Assembly (NCBI GenBank): GCA_937927665.1
Contig: CALBRY010000216.1
Location: forward strand, 1-42,601
DNA length: 42,601 nucleotides
Source: an uncultured Chloroflexota bacterium
Lineage (GTDB): Bacteria > Chloroflexota > Anaerolineae > Aggregatilineales > Phototrophicaceae
Direction: 5' to 3'
Below are positions 21,137 through 30,210 of the stretch, in pieces (the stretch's first letter is position 1; every line of letters begins with the position of its first letter). The notes under the pieces were generated by a model, which had not been told where the DNA came from, did not search any database, and worked only from the letters and a program-made list of their open reading frames with translations. Position numbers and translations under genes: made by a program.

Positions 21137-22084
21137 TTACACCACTTTCGGACGGCGGCGCAGCGCATATCGCATCATCGGGATGGTGTAGCGCCGACCA
21201 CGCATATAAGTTAATAGGGTGTCCTCCAAGCGTTTTGGACGAACACCGAAATAATGATAAAGGTTGCCCAACTTCGCGGCGCGGTTTGCCGCGAGAATAT
21301 CAAACCACTGCGGCGTGATCAGCGACCGGGATAGAATCCGCGATGTAAAGGCAGTGATTGCACGCATCAAATACGGCGGAAGTGGCACGATCACACGCGG
21401 CGCGCCGCTTACACGCATCACCGTGCGGATCAAGTCCTCAATGGTGATATACTCTGCTCCGCCGATTTCGATCACGCTGTCTACTACATCGATTGATCGG
21501 AGACTGGTAACAAGCGCCGAGATGACATCATCAATATGGATAGGATGAAGGACAACTTCACCTGTGCCGGGCATGAGTACATAAAACGGATTTGCGCGTA
21601 ACTGCATGGCGATATGATTGATAAATGCGTCGTCTTCGCCGTACACCACGCCCGCGCGAATGATCGTGTAGGCAAGCCCGCTGGCGCGGATCAGGTCTTC
21701 CACCTGCCCTTTGAATCGCAGGAGGGGATAGGCGCTTGAAGCAGCTGATCCTAATTGGGTCAATGTGATGATCCGCCCAACACGCGCGGCACGTGCCGCT
21801 GTGATCAACTGGCGTGTGCCGCCGACTTCGATCCGTTCAAGATCGCGGGGGCGACCCCACCAGAGCGCGTTTTCAAGATGAATGATGACATGCGCGCCCG
21901 TTGCGGCGCGAAACAGTGCCTCTTCATCCAGTATGGAACCGATCACAATTTCGGGCGGATTTTCCCACGGAAGCCGATCGGCTTTGTGTGCGGGAATCAA
22001 GCAGCGCACCGCAAAACCTTCCGCCATCAAACGGGCAACAAGGTGTCGCCCAACAAACCCGGTTGACCCGGTGACCAGTATCAT
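21137..22084 (-). CDS. Atypical SDR / NAD-dependent epimerase (NDUFA9-like)
   Basis: MILVTGSTGFVG, YTIIR..VYG.DD.F; start set at ATG 22084 because an extended -10 (TGATATAAT, 22130..22122) lies just upstream; the YxxxK Tyr appears replaced (LLRFK). Confidence 0.85.
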   Translation of the reverse strand: MILVTGSTGFVGRHLVARLMAEGFAVRCLIPAHKADRLPWENPPEIVIGSILDEEALFRAATGAHVIIHLENALWWGRPRDLERIEVGGTRQLITAARAARVGRIITLTQLGSAASSAYPLLRFKGQVEDLIRASGLAYTIIRAGVVYGEDDAFINHIAMQLRANPFYVLMPGTGEVVLHPIHIDDVISALVTSLRSIDVVDSVIEIGGAEYITIEDLIRTVMRVSGAPRVIVPLPPYLMRAITAFTSRILSRSLITPQWFDILAANRAAKLGNLYHYFGVRPKRLEDTLLTYMRGRRYTIPMMRYALRRRPKVV

Positions 22085-22247
22085 CCTGTCCGTACTCGTC
22101 GCTTTTATCTGAGGATGCGGCATTATATCATATTCGCGGGTGCAACCTGAGGCGTACAAGGGTGTTACACCTAGCAGAGAAACCCTTTTATGTTCGAGAT
22201 AAGCTGCACATAGACGGTTAAAAGTCGTCTCGCTGTGGAGGTCGATT

Positions 22248-23510
22248 GTGGAAAGACGGAGAGTAGTCGTTACCGGAATGGGAATTGTGTGTCCTACCGG
22301 AAACAGCGTGGAAGAAGCGTGGGGGAACGCCAAGAACGGTATTACAGGAATTCGCACGATTGAGCGGTTCGACACATCTCACATCGAGATTCACTTCGGA
22401 GGCGAAGTCCGCAATTTCGATCCTGAAGCATTTCTCGGACGCCGTGAGGCACGGCGCACTGACCGTGTGACGCAAATGGCGCTCTTTGCCGCCGAACAAG
22501 CGATGAAGGATTCCGGACTGCAAGTGACGGACGAAAACCGTTACGATATTGCGGTGTGCGTCGGGTCAGGGATTGGCGGGATCAGTTCCCTGCTTGAAAG
22601 CATTCGCACCTTTCTTGAACGCGGTGCGCGTGCGGTCAGCCCATTGATGGTTCCCATGATGCTGCCGGATTCGCCTTGCAGCAAGATTTCAATGGTGTAC
22701 GGGCTGCGTGGTCCGAACTTTGCGATTTCGACCGCGTGTGCGACGGGAAATAACAGCATCGGTGAAGCCACCGAAATGATCCGCCGGGGACAGGTCACGG
22801 TCGCGCTTGCGGGAAGCAGTGAAGCGGGACTGGTCGATGTGGCGATGGCTGGCTTCAATAACATGACCGCACTCAGCCAGCGCAACGATGAACCGGAACG
22901 CGCATCACGTCCGTTTGATGCGAACCGCGATGGTTTTGTGTGTGCGGAAGGGTCGGCGATCCTCGTTCTCGAAGATCTGGATCATGCCTTAGCACGCGGC
23001 GCAAAAATCTATGCAGAAATTCTGGGATACGGTCACACATCCGATGCTTATCATGTGACCGCTCCGCTCGAAACAGGTGAAGGTGCAGCCAAAGCCATTG
23101 AATTTGCGCTGCGCGATGCCAAATTGACACCCAAAGATATTGATTACATCAACGCGCACGGCACCAGCACACCGCTGAACGACAAGAGCGAAACGCTGGC
23201 GATCAAGCGTGCATTGGGTGAAACGGCGTATGAAATTCCGATCAGTTCCACAAAAGGCGTAACGGGTCATTTGATGGGCGCGGCGGGGGCGGTCGAAGCG
23301 GTCTTTAGTATCAAAGCGATACACGAAGACTTTGTTCCGCCGACGGTCAACCTTGAAGTCCAAGACCCGGCTTGCGACCTGAACTATACGCCGCTGGTCG
23401 GCAAACCGCATAAGATTCAGCGCGTGATGAGTAACTCGTTCGGTTTCGGAGGTCACAACGCGGTGTTAATCTTTGGCGAGTACACAGAAAACGGAAATGG
23501 TCACCAATAA
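22248..23510 (+). CDS. fabF: Beta-ketoacyl-ACP synthase II
   Basis: RRVVVTGMG, TACATG, NAHGTST, GHLMGAAG, SNSFGFGGHN; GTG start with GGAGG RBS. Confidence 0.97.
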   Translation: MERRRVVVTGMGIVCPTGNSVEEAWGNAKNGITGIRTIERFDTSHIEIHFGGEVRNFDPEAFLGRREARRTDRVTQMALFAAEQAMKDSGLQVTDENRYDIAVCVGSGIGGISSLLESIRTFLERGARAVSPLMVPMMLPDSPCSKISMVYGLRGPNFAISTACATGNNSIGEATEMIRRGQVTVALAGSSEAGLVDVAMAGFNNMTALSQRNDEPERASRPFDANRDGFVCAEGSAILVLEDLDHALARGAKIYAEILGYGHTSDAYHVTAPLETGEGAAKAIEFALRDAKLTPKDIDYINAHGTSTPLNDKSETLAIKRALGETAYEIPISSTKGVTGHLMGAAGAVEAVFSIKAIHEDFVPPTVNLEVQDPACDLNYTPLVGKPHKIQRVMSNSFGFGGHNAVLIFGEYTENGNGHQ

Positions 23511-24717
23511 TCGTGGGGGAACTGCCGCCGCGCCGGGGCGCATTTACGCGCATATCGTCGGCTGGGGTATGGCGGTTCCAGACCATGTCATGACAAATGA
23601 CGATATGGCGCTGCTTGTCGATACCACTGATGAGTGGATCACGCAGCGCACAGGCATCAAAGAGCGGCGGATCGCCGGGGAAACCGAAACAACGGCGACT
23701 CTGGGATTACGTGCTGCCCGTCGAGCGCTTGATGTGGCGGACATTATGCCGGAGTCGATTGATATGGTGGTGGTGGCAACCTCCACCCCCGATCACATCT
23801 TCCCCAGCACCGCCAGTTTGATTCAAGCGGGGTTGGCGGCAAATCGGGCGGGCGCGTTTGACTTGAGCGCCGCCTGTTCCGGTTGGGTTTATGCGGTTCA
23901 GATGGCGGCACAGGCGATTCAGTCCGGTTCGATCAAGATTGCTGTCGTGATCGGAGCAGAGACGATGAGCCGCGTCCTCGATTGGCAGGATCGCGGAACG
24001 TGCATTCTGTTTGGCGACGGTGCGGGCGCGATCGTTTTGCGGGGATCGCCCGAACCCGGCGGCGTGTTATCCGCGATTTTGCGCTCGGATGGGACAGGCG
24101 GGGATGTGCTCGGAATCCCCAGCGTCGGAACGATTGATTATGTGGGTGACGACGTGGAGCTGCCGGAACTGAACGGGCATAAATTCAACAAGATGCACAT
24201 GAACGGCACCGAAGTGTTCAAGTTCGCTACCCGCGTGATCGGTGAGAGCGTTTTACAAGCGCTGGAACAAGCGAATCTCACCATCCGCGATGTTAAGCTG
24301 ATCGTTCCGCATCAGGCGAACCTTCGCATTATCAATGCGGCGGCACGCGCGCTCAAAGTGGACGAGAGCTTGTTTATGTGCAATCTCGATAAATACGGGA
24401 ATACATCGGCGGCATCGATCCCGATCGCGCTGGTTGAAGCCGTCGAACAGGGGCGGGTTAAACAGGGTGATCCGGTTGTATTTGTCGGTTTTGGCGGCGG
24501 CTTAACATGGGCGTCTATGGTCGTCCGGTGGGGCGCGCCAATGCCGGAAGCAGGCGCGTTCAAGAAACAGCGCCGCGCGCTTTCCTACTCACTCGTGCGT
24601 CTGCGCTCTCGCATCGTGCGCTGGACACGTCAATTCAATCAGACATTCAGCCGTGTGCGACCGGAACAGGGGCGTATCGAGCGTCTCCGTCATCGTATCG
24701 ACCGGAAACTTCCGTAG
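23497..24717 (+). CDS. fabH: Beta-ketoacyl-ACP synthase III with basic C-terminal extension
   Basis: WITQRTGI, AACSG, FGDGAGA, PHQAN, GNTSAAS, FGGGLTW. Confidence 0.95.
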   Translation: MVTNNRGGTAAAPGRIYAHIVGWGMAVPDHVMTNDDMALLVDTTDEWITQRTGIKERRIAGETETTATLGLRAARRALDVADIMPESIDMVVVATSTPDHIFPSTASLIQAGLAANRAGAFDLSAACSGWVYAVQMAAQAIQSGSIKIAVVIGAETMSRVLDWQDRGTCILFGDGAGAIVLRGSPEPGGVLSAILRSDGTGGDVLGIPSVGTIDYVGDDVELPELNGHKFNKMHMNGTEVFKFATRVIGESVLQALEQANLTIRDVKLIVPHQANLRIINAAARALKVDESLFMCNLDKYGNTSAASIPIALVEAVEQGRVKQGDPVVFVGFGGGLTWASMVVRWGAPMPEAGAFKKQRRALSYSLVRLRSRIVRWTRQFNQTFSRVRPEQGRIERLRHRIDRKLP

Positions 24718-24741
24718 CCGATTACACGTTCAACCGCAATC

Positions 24742-24770
24742 AAAATGGGGGATCGCTTGATCCCCCATTT
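24742..24770. terminator. Terminator hairpin between convergent fabH and peptidase genes
   Basis: AAATGGGGGATC-gctt-GATCCCCCATTT perfect 12-bp stem. Confidence 0.75.
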
Positions 24771-24796
24771 GCTTGAATCCCGCCCTAGTGCGAGAG

Positions 24797-25483
24797 TTAG
24801 TCGCGGCGTGACCCCAAACTGACGTAATAGAGAAGCTGAAGCACTGCCTGAATTGCTGCCGCGAAGTAGGTGAGCGCCGCCGCTGTGAGGACAGCCCGCG
24901 CACCTGAGTAATCGCTTTCGACGGCGATCAATCCACTTTCGCGCAGAAGGCGCAAACCACGCGCGCTGGCGTCGATCTCGACGGGCAGCGTCAGAATCAT
25001 GAAGATCACCATCAAGCCGAATGCGAGGATCCCCAACCAGAACAACCCGGTGATGTTGAGTATCAACCCGAAGATGATCATCGCGTAGCCAATCGTTGGG
25101 CTAAGCTGCACTGCCGGGATGAGGAAATTACGCATCTGGATCAGAATCGAACCGTCCTGATGCTGCTGAGCATGACCTAATTCATGCGCGACAACCGCCA
25201 TCGCGGCAACGCTCGGCTGAGAAGCATTCGCTTGAGAAATTCGCACCGTGTGCGAACGTGGATCATAGTGATCGGTAAGCTGTCCGGGGACGCCTTCCAG
25301 CCCAACGCCGTGAACGTTCGTCCGGCTGAGAATGCGCTCTGCGACCTGTACCCCTGTCATATTGACGCCGTTCCGCACGTTCCCCCATTTGGCGTATGCC
25401 GACCGCACAAACAACTGTGCGAGAAGTGACAACACCAGCGCGGGGAGCGCAACGAACAGCAGATAGCTCGGATCGAAGAACAT
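24797..25483 (-). CDS. Membrane zinc metallopeptidase (YugP-like)
   Basis: LTDHYDP, AHELGHA (HExxH), TLPVEIDASAR, VLTAAALTY. Confidence 0.92.
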   Translation of the reverse strand: MFFDPSYLLFVALPALVLSLLAQLFVRSAYAKWGNVRNGVNMTGVQVAERILSRTNVHGVGLEGVPGQLTDHYDPRSHTVRISQANASQPSVAAMAVVAHELGHAQQHQDGSILIQMRNFLIPAVQLSPTIGYAMIIFGLILNITGLFWLGILAFGLMVIFMILTLPVEIDASARGLRLLRESGLIAVESDYSGARAVLTAAALTYFAAAIQAVLQLLYYVSLGSRRD

Positions 25484-25562
25484 ACGTCTCTCTCTTGAAC
25501 CAGTTAGATACGATAAAATCCTACGGGTCTTATGTCAGAAATAGATGAGAAACGCGGGTAAA

Positions 25563-26438
25563 CTATAGCATCCCCCCTAAAATGCGGGTGAGGTCATCGC
25601 GGTTATTCAGGTGAAGCGGCAGCAAACAGTTATCGATCAAGCGGGTTCGCCCTAAGCGAACCGCTGTTGAAATCAGCAGCGGTTGATCTTCCGCCTCGGT
25701 AAGCGGCGCAAGTGTGATTGGATCGTTGATCGACACGTACTCAACTTGAAGATCAGGCGCGAAGGCGTGGATTGCGGCATCGGTGAGCAGTTCAGCACGG
25801 CGTATTCCCTGATCATACGCGGCGGCGGCACTTTGAAGTCCGGCGTAGATCGTCCCGGCGTGGGCGCGTTCTTCTTCGCTCAGGTAGCGATTGCGAGAAC
25901 TCATCGCCAGCCCATTCGATTCGCGCAACGTCGGGCAAACGGCAATTTGAAGCGGAAAATTCAGGTCGCGCACCATCTTCTTGATCACAACCACCTGCTG
26001 CGCGTCCTTTTGACCAAAATAAGCGACGGTCGGCTGCGTGAGGTTAAAAAACTTGGCAACCACCGTCGTCACGCCGTCAAAGTGACCGGGGCGATGTTCA
26101 GCCTCTAAGCCATGTGTTTCAACGCTGATCCCCGTCGAAAAACCATCCGGGTACATCAAGGCGGGTGTAGGCGTAAATACCGCATCCACGCCCACACTTT
26201 CCAACATTGCGAAGTCTGCCAGAAGATCACGCGGGTAGCGATCAAAATCTTCGTTCGCGCCGAACTGAAGCGGGTTGACAAAAATCGTCACCAGCACATG
26301 ATCATTTTCGCGCCGCGCCGCTTCCACGAGCGATAGATGCCCGACATGGAGCGCCCCCATCGTCGGAACGACGCCAACTGTGCCACTTAATCGCCCGCGT
26401 GCTTCGCGCAGCGCGGGAATGGTTTCAAGAACGTGCAT
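25563..26438 (-). CDS. panC: Pantoate-beta-alanine ligase
   Basis: VPTMGALHVGH, FVNPLQF, RPGHFDGV, FGQKDAQQ, AMSSRN, RLIDN. Confidence 0.98.
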   Translation of the reverse strand: MHVLETIPALREARGRLSGTVGVVPTMGALHVGHLSLVEAARRENDHVLVTIFVNPLQFGANEDFDRYPRDLLADFAMLESVGVDAVFTPTPALMYPDGFSTGISVETHGLEAEHRPGHFDGVTTVVAKFFNLTQPTVAYFGQKDAQQVVVIKKMVRDLNFPLQIAVCPTLRESNGLAMSSRNRYLSEEERAHAGTIYAGLQSAAAAYDQGIRRAELLTDAAIHAFAPDLQVEYVSINDPITLAPLTEAEDQPLLISTAVRLGRTRLIDNCLLPLHLNNRDDLTRILGGML

Positions 26439-27291
26439 GTTCGCCTGTGCCGTTGTCGTTCATATTGAGCGCGCTAAAGACATCATCTTTCATGGCGAAG
26501 CTGTTCGCTTCGGTCGGGAAATCTCCGCTTTTGACTTCGCTCACATACGCGCTGATCGCCTCGCGCATCGTTTTCCCGATTTCGGCGTAACGTTTGGTAT
26601 GGCGCGGGATAAAATCATCAAAGATGCCGAGAATATCATGCCAGACTTGAACCTGACCATCACAGCCCACGCCAGCACCGATTCCGATGGTCGGAATCGA
26701 AAGTGAGTCGGTGATCATTTTGCCAAGCTGCCCGGGCATGGACTCCAACACGACGGCGAATGCCCCGGCATCTTGCACCGCGCGTGCGTCGCGGATCAAC
26801 TGCTGCGCCGATTCGAGATCACGCCCCTGCACGCGCATTCCGCCGAGTTGATTCACACTTTGAGGGATCAAGCCGATGTGCGCCATCACGGGAATACCGG
26901 CGCTCACGATCCGATCGATCGTTGGCGCGAATTTCTCCCCGCCTTCGAGCTTGACCGCCGTAACGCCGCCTTCCTGCATCATCCGTCCCGCATTCAAGAG
27001 CGCTTGTTCGATGCTGACGCTGTAAGTCATAAATGGCAGATCGCCCACGATGAGCGCGGTTTTGGCAGCGCGTGACACCATCGACGCATGATAGATCATA
27101 TGGTCAAGCGTCACCGGAATTGGCGTCTCGTGCCCCTGCACCACCATCCCAACCGAATCGCCGACGAGAATAATCGGCACGCCGACCAGATCGGCGATTT
27201 TCGCACTCGGCGCGTCATAGGCGGTCAGGACGGGAATGCGTTCGCCATCCACTTTCATTTTCGCAATATCACGCACCGTTAACCGAGTCAT
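26425..27291 (-). CDS. panB: 3-Methyl-2-oxobutanoate hydroxymethyltransferase
   Basis: LTAYD, LVGDS, GDLPF, VKLEGG, HIGLIPQ, IGIGAG. Confidence 0.98.
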   Translation of the reverse strand: MTRLTVRDIAKMKVDGERIPVLTAYDAPSAKIADLVGVPIILVGDSVGMVVQGHETPIPVTLDHMIYHASMVSRAAKTALIVGDLPFMTYSVSIEQALLNAGRMMQEGGVTAVKLEGGEKFAPTIDRIVSAGIPVMAHIGLIPQSVNQLGGMRVQGRDLESAQQLIRDARAVQDAGAFAVVLESMPGQLGKMITDSLSIPTIGIGAGVGCDGQVQVWHDILGIFDDFIPRHTKRYAEIGKTMREAISAYVSEVKSGDFPTEANSFAMKDDVFSALNMNDNGTGEHARS

Positions 27292-27304
27292 GAAGCACAT
27301 CCTT

Positions 27305-28156
27305 TCAAAGAAGGCGTTCTATCTCTTGTACCGATTTTCCACGCGCCTTGACCAACGGCAAGGTCGCCCGCGCAAGCTGACGGTATAACGCCGCCGCCGC
27401 CGGATTTGCCGCATCCAGCGCGGCGAGATGTGCGCTGATCGTGCCAATATCGCCGCGCACCAGCGGACCTGTCAGCGCGGCGGGTATACCCACCGACCGC
27501 AGATTCGCCACCGTGCCGCCCACCAGCGCGTTAAGCGCCTGTTCAGCGGCGGCGCTGTCCGCACCGATTCCTGTCAACAGATCGCGGGCAACCGCATACA
27601 GCGTCACGGTGTAGTTGCTCGCGATCACCAGCGCGGCATGATAAAGCGCCTTGCCGCCCGGTGGAATGAGCATCACAACGCCGTTGAGTGCCGCCGCCAT
27701 GCCGATCAGCCAACCGCGCAACCGCTCATCTTCTGCTTCGACCGCGAACGCAGAACCCGGCAGTCCTTTGAGCGCCGATTCGACATCCGCGAATGGATAG
27801 GCAGGATGAAAACTGCCAACATGCGCGCCGCGCTGCCGCAAAACATCCAGTACGCCAGCGTCCAACGCGCCCGATGTGTGAACGATGTATCTACCCTCAA
27901 TGTCGTTCGAGATCGTGTTCGCAACGGATGCGATCGCGTCATCCGGCACGGTGAGCAGGGTTATATCCGCCGCTGTTACCGCCCCAACCGGATCGCGCAC
28001 ATCTGCACCAACAAGCACCGCCACTGCCGCCGCTCGCTCTGTCGTTCGACTGCTCACAGCGGCAATACGATAGCCTTGTTGATGATATAGACGCGCCAGC
28101 GTTTCACCGACCTTACCCAAGCCGATCACGCTGAGCGAGGGTTGATCGGGCGTCAT
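27305..28156 (-). CDS. panG: Rossmann-like + DUF2520 protein, probable PanG-type ketopantoate reductase
   Basis: IGLGKVG, LTVPDDAI, HTSGA, FHP, YHAALVIASN, LTGPLVRGD; directly upstream of panBC. Confidence 0.8.
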   Translation of the reverse strand: MTPDQPSLSVIGLGKVGETLARLYHQQGYRIAAVSSRTTERAAAVAVLVGADVRDPVGAVTAADITLLTVPDDAIASVANTISNDIEGRYIVHTSGALDAGVLDVLRQRGAHVGSFHPAYPFADVESALKGLPGSAFAVEAEDERLRGWLIGMAAALNGVVMLIPPGGKALYHAALVIASNYTVTLYAVARDLLTGIGADSAAAEQALNALVGGTVANLRSVGIPAALTGPLVRGDIGTISAHLAALDAANPAAAALYRQLARATLPLVKARGKSVQEIERLL

Positions 28157-28959
28157 CGCGTCTCTGTGCCTAATGGTGTCGGCGTCGGTATTGGCTCACT
28201 CACATAAATATTGACCGTACACGCGGCGCGCATTGTGTTCGTCAGATCAAACACTGCCACACGGAACTGATACCAGCCGGGACGATAAAACGCCGGGACA
28301 AACTGCCCCAACATGCCCTGTGACGGGACAGGTTCGGTATAGTCGCGCTCCAAGGTGGCAAAATTACCCGATGTCTCACTGCCAAGCAGTTCAAAGCGGT
28401 AGTAGGCAAAGTCGGGAACAGAAGCGACACCGATCACCGCGAGCGGTTCGAATACAACCATGCCATTCGCCGGAATCATCAACTGAACCAGCGGGTTGTT
28501 ACAGTTGGCGGGTGCGGCATTCGGCAGAATTGTCCCGACGGGCGTCGGTGTGATCGTCGGTGTCGGCTGAACAAGGTCTGCCGGGTTTTGTTCGCCCAAA
28601 ATCACGCCGCTGGAATCGATCACGATGCCAGAGTCAACGGGCACAGGCGTAAATGTCGCAAAAATGCCGTCGTCAATTTCCATCGCTACCGAGATGGTCA
28701 GCGCTTCGGTTTCGCGCAGACGCGGCGCAACCACCCGCTGAAGCCCGATCACGATCAAGCCGACTTCCGCCAGCACCAGCACCGCTGTGAGCGCATTGCC
28801 GCGTTTGTTTTGAGCAAGACTGCGCTCAAGCTCAAACCGAGCCGAGCGCAAGCTCCATGTTGCGCGCCGCCACTGAAGGACGAACACGAGCAAGAACACC
28901 CCGACAAGGATATATATCCCCGTCGCAACCTGTTCTACCAGAAAAACAATACTGCTCAT
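28153..28959 (-). CDS. Hypothetical membrane protein (2 TM, PT-rich linker, beta-rich domain)
   Basis: Two hydrophobic helices, PTPTITPTP linker; ATGA overlap with the next gene. Confidence 0.8.
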   Translation of the reverse strand: MSSIVFLVEQVATGIYILVGVFLLVFVLQWRRATWSLRSARFELERSLAQNKRGNALTAVLVLAEVGLIVIGLQRVVAPRLRETEALTISVAMEIDDGIFATFTPVPVDSGIVIDSSGVILGEQNPADLVQPTPTITPTPVGTILPNAAPANCNNPLVQLMIPANGMVVFEPLAVIGVASVPDFAYYRFELLGSETSGNFATLERDYTEPVPSQGMLGQFVPAFYRPGWYQFRVAVFDLTNTMRAACTVNIYVSEPIPTPTPLGTETR

Positions 28960-28975
28960 ACCGTTTTCGCAGTCG

Positions 28976-29818
28976 CTATGCCATCGAACGGAGGACGCCG
29001 CGCACGATCACGCTCATCCGGGGGACGAGCAGCACCGCTGCGTCGAGAACTTCCGTGTGACTCACTTCGACATGATGATCAATCGAATGAATGCTTGCGT
29101 TCGTGATGCCGCTCATCCCTAATACACGCATTCCGGCATGACGGGCGACAAGGACTTCATGCACGGTGGACATTCCGACCGCATCACCGCCGATCATCCG
29201 CAAAAAGCGCACTTCTGCCGGGGTTTCGTAATTGGGACCGGAAAGACAAACATACACGCCTTCATGCAGCGTCAACCCTGCTCCAGCGGCGGCGGATCGT
29301 GCCGCTTCGCGCAGATGCGTATCATACGTCTGCACCATGCCGATAAACCGTGATGGTTCGCTCGTATCCGCGAACGATCCGATCAGCGGATTCATCCCCG
29401 ACATGCCGGGGAAATTGATGTGATCGTTGATCAACATCACATCACCTGCACTGAATGCCGGATTTAGACCGCCCGCCGCGTTGGTCACGATCAACATTTC
29501 CGTGCCGAGTTCAGCCATCACCCGAACAAGAAATGTGATCTGCGCTGGCGAGTAGCCTTCATACAGGTGTGTCCGCCCTTTTTGAACAGCGACGGGGACA
29601 CCTTCCAGCAGTCCGATCACGAGCCGTCCCGCATGACCGGGTACGGTCGATTCCGGGCAACCGGGAATATCCGCATAAGGAATAGAGATGGGATCGATGA
29701 GTTCGTCAGCAAGTCGATTCAAGCCTGATCCAAGAATCATGCCAACTTTTGGTGTAATGCTAATCCGTTCGCGCACGACTGCGGCGGCGGCTTGATAATC
29801 TGCCCGTGTCAGCGTCAT
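28976..29818 (-). CDS. punA: Purine-nucleoside phosphorylase (trimeric type)
   Basis: ILGSGL, STVPGHAG, GRTHLYEG, TNAAGG, GPNYETPAE, VGMSTVHE, ITN; AGGAG RBS. Confidence 0.95.
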   Translation of the reverse strand: MTLTRADYQAAAAVVRERISITPKVGMILGSGLNRLADELIDPISIPYADIPGCPESTVPGHAGRLVIGLLEGVPVAVQKGRTHLYEGYSPAQITFLVRVMAELGTEMLIVTNAAGGLNPAFSAGDVMLINDHINFPGMSGMNPLIGSFADTSEPSRFIGMVQTYDTHLREAARSAAAGAGLTLHEGVYVCLSGPNYETPAEVRFLRMIGGDAVGMSTVHEVLVARHAGMRVLGMSGITNASIHSIDHHVEVSHTEVLDAAVLLVPRMSVIVRGVLRSMA

Positions 29819-29976
29819 GATTTACTCCTTTTCATGAGCATAGCACTCGACTGTTTTTTATTCCAGCCGAGCGGGTTTCAACAATTCCTTGACAACTCAA
29901 CTGGATGCGCTTTTGCAAATTTCCAAGTAGAATAGGACTCTAGTACGGGTGTCTTTATCATTTTCATTGGACTGAC

Positions 29977-30210
29977 ATGCAGATTTCATTGGAACATGCG
30001 ATACACACATACGCGGATGTTTATCAGCGTGTCTATAAGCGTGCCCCTCGCAATGTTCACATTCTCGACAGCGAATGGGTCATGATTAACGGGGCGCGCA
30101 TGCGGATCACGGAGCTTGAGTATCTCACTCAACAGCTCGAATTTGAATACACCAAGGTGTTGGCACAGAAACGAAGCTTGGTCAACCGCCTTATCAACTG
30201 GTTCAAATAG
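29977..30210 (+). CDS. Small hypothetical protein (77 aa)
   Basis: Fills the gap between two minus-strand blocks, protein-like composition, TAGAAT -10-like element upstream, stop abuts the convergent stop. Confidence 0.7.
   Translation: MQISLEHAIHTYADVYQRVYKRAPRNVHILDSEWVMINGARMRITELEYLTQQLEFEYTKVLAQKRSLVNRLINWFK

Noticed and set aside
22161-22171. Palindrome GGTGT-T-ACACC in the divergent SDR/fabF region
   Set aside because: Only 5-bp arms and a single copy; cannot be told apart from chance
25519-25552. Weak 11-bp-spaced direct repeat (TTCTCATC/TTCTGACA, minus strand) upstream of the peptidase
   Set aside because: Could be an OmpR-type box but is too degenerate to support
29819-29976. Purine riboswitch upstream of punA
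   Set aside because: No recognisable aptamer core or three-stem junction
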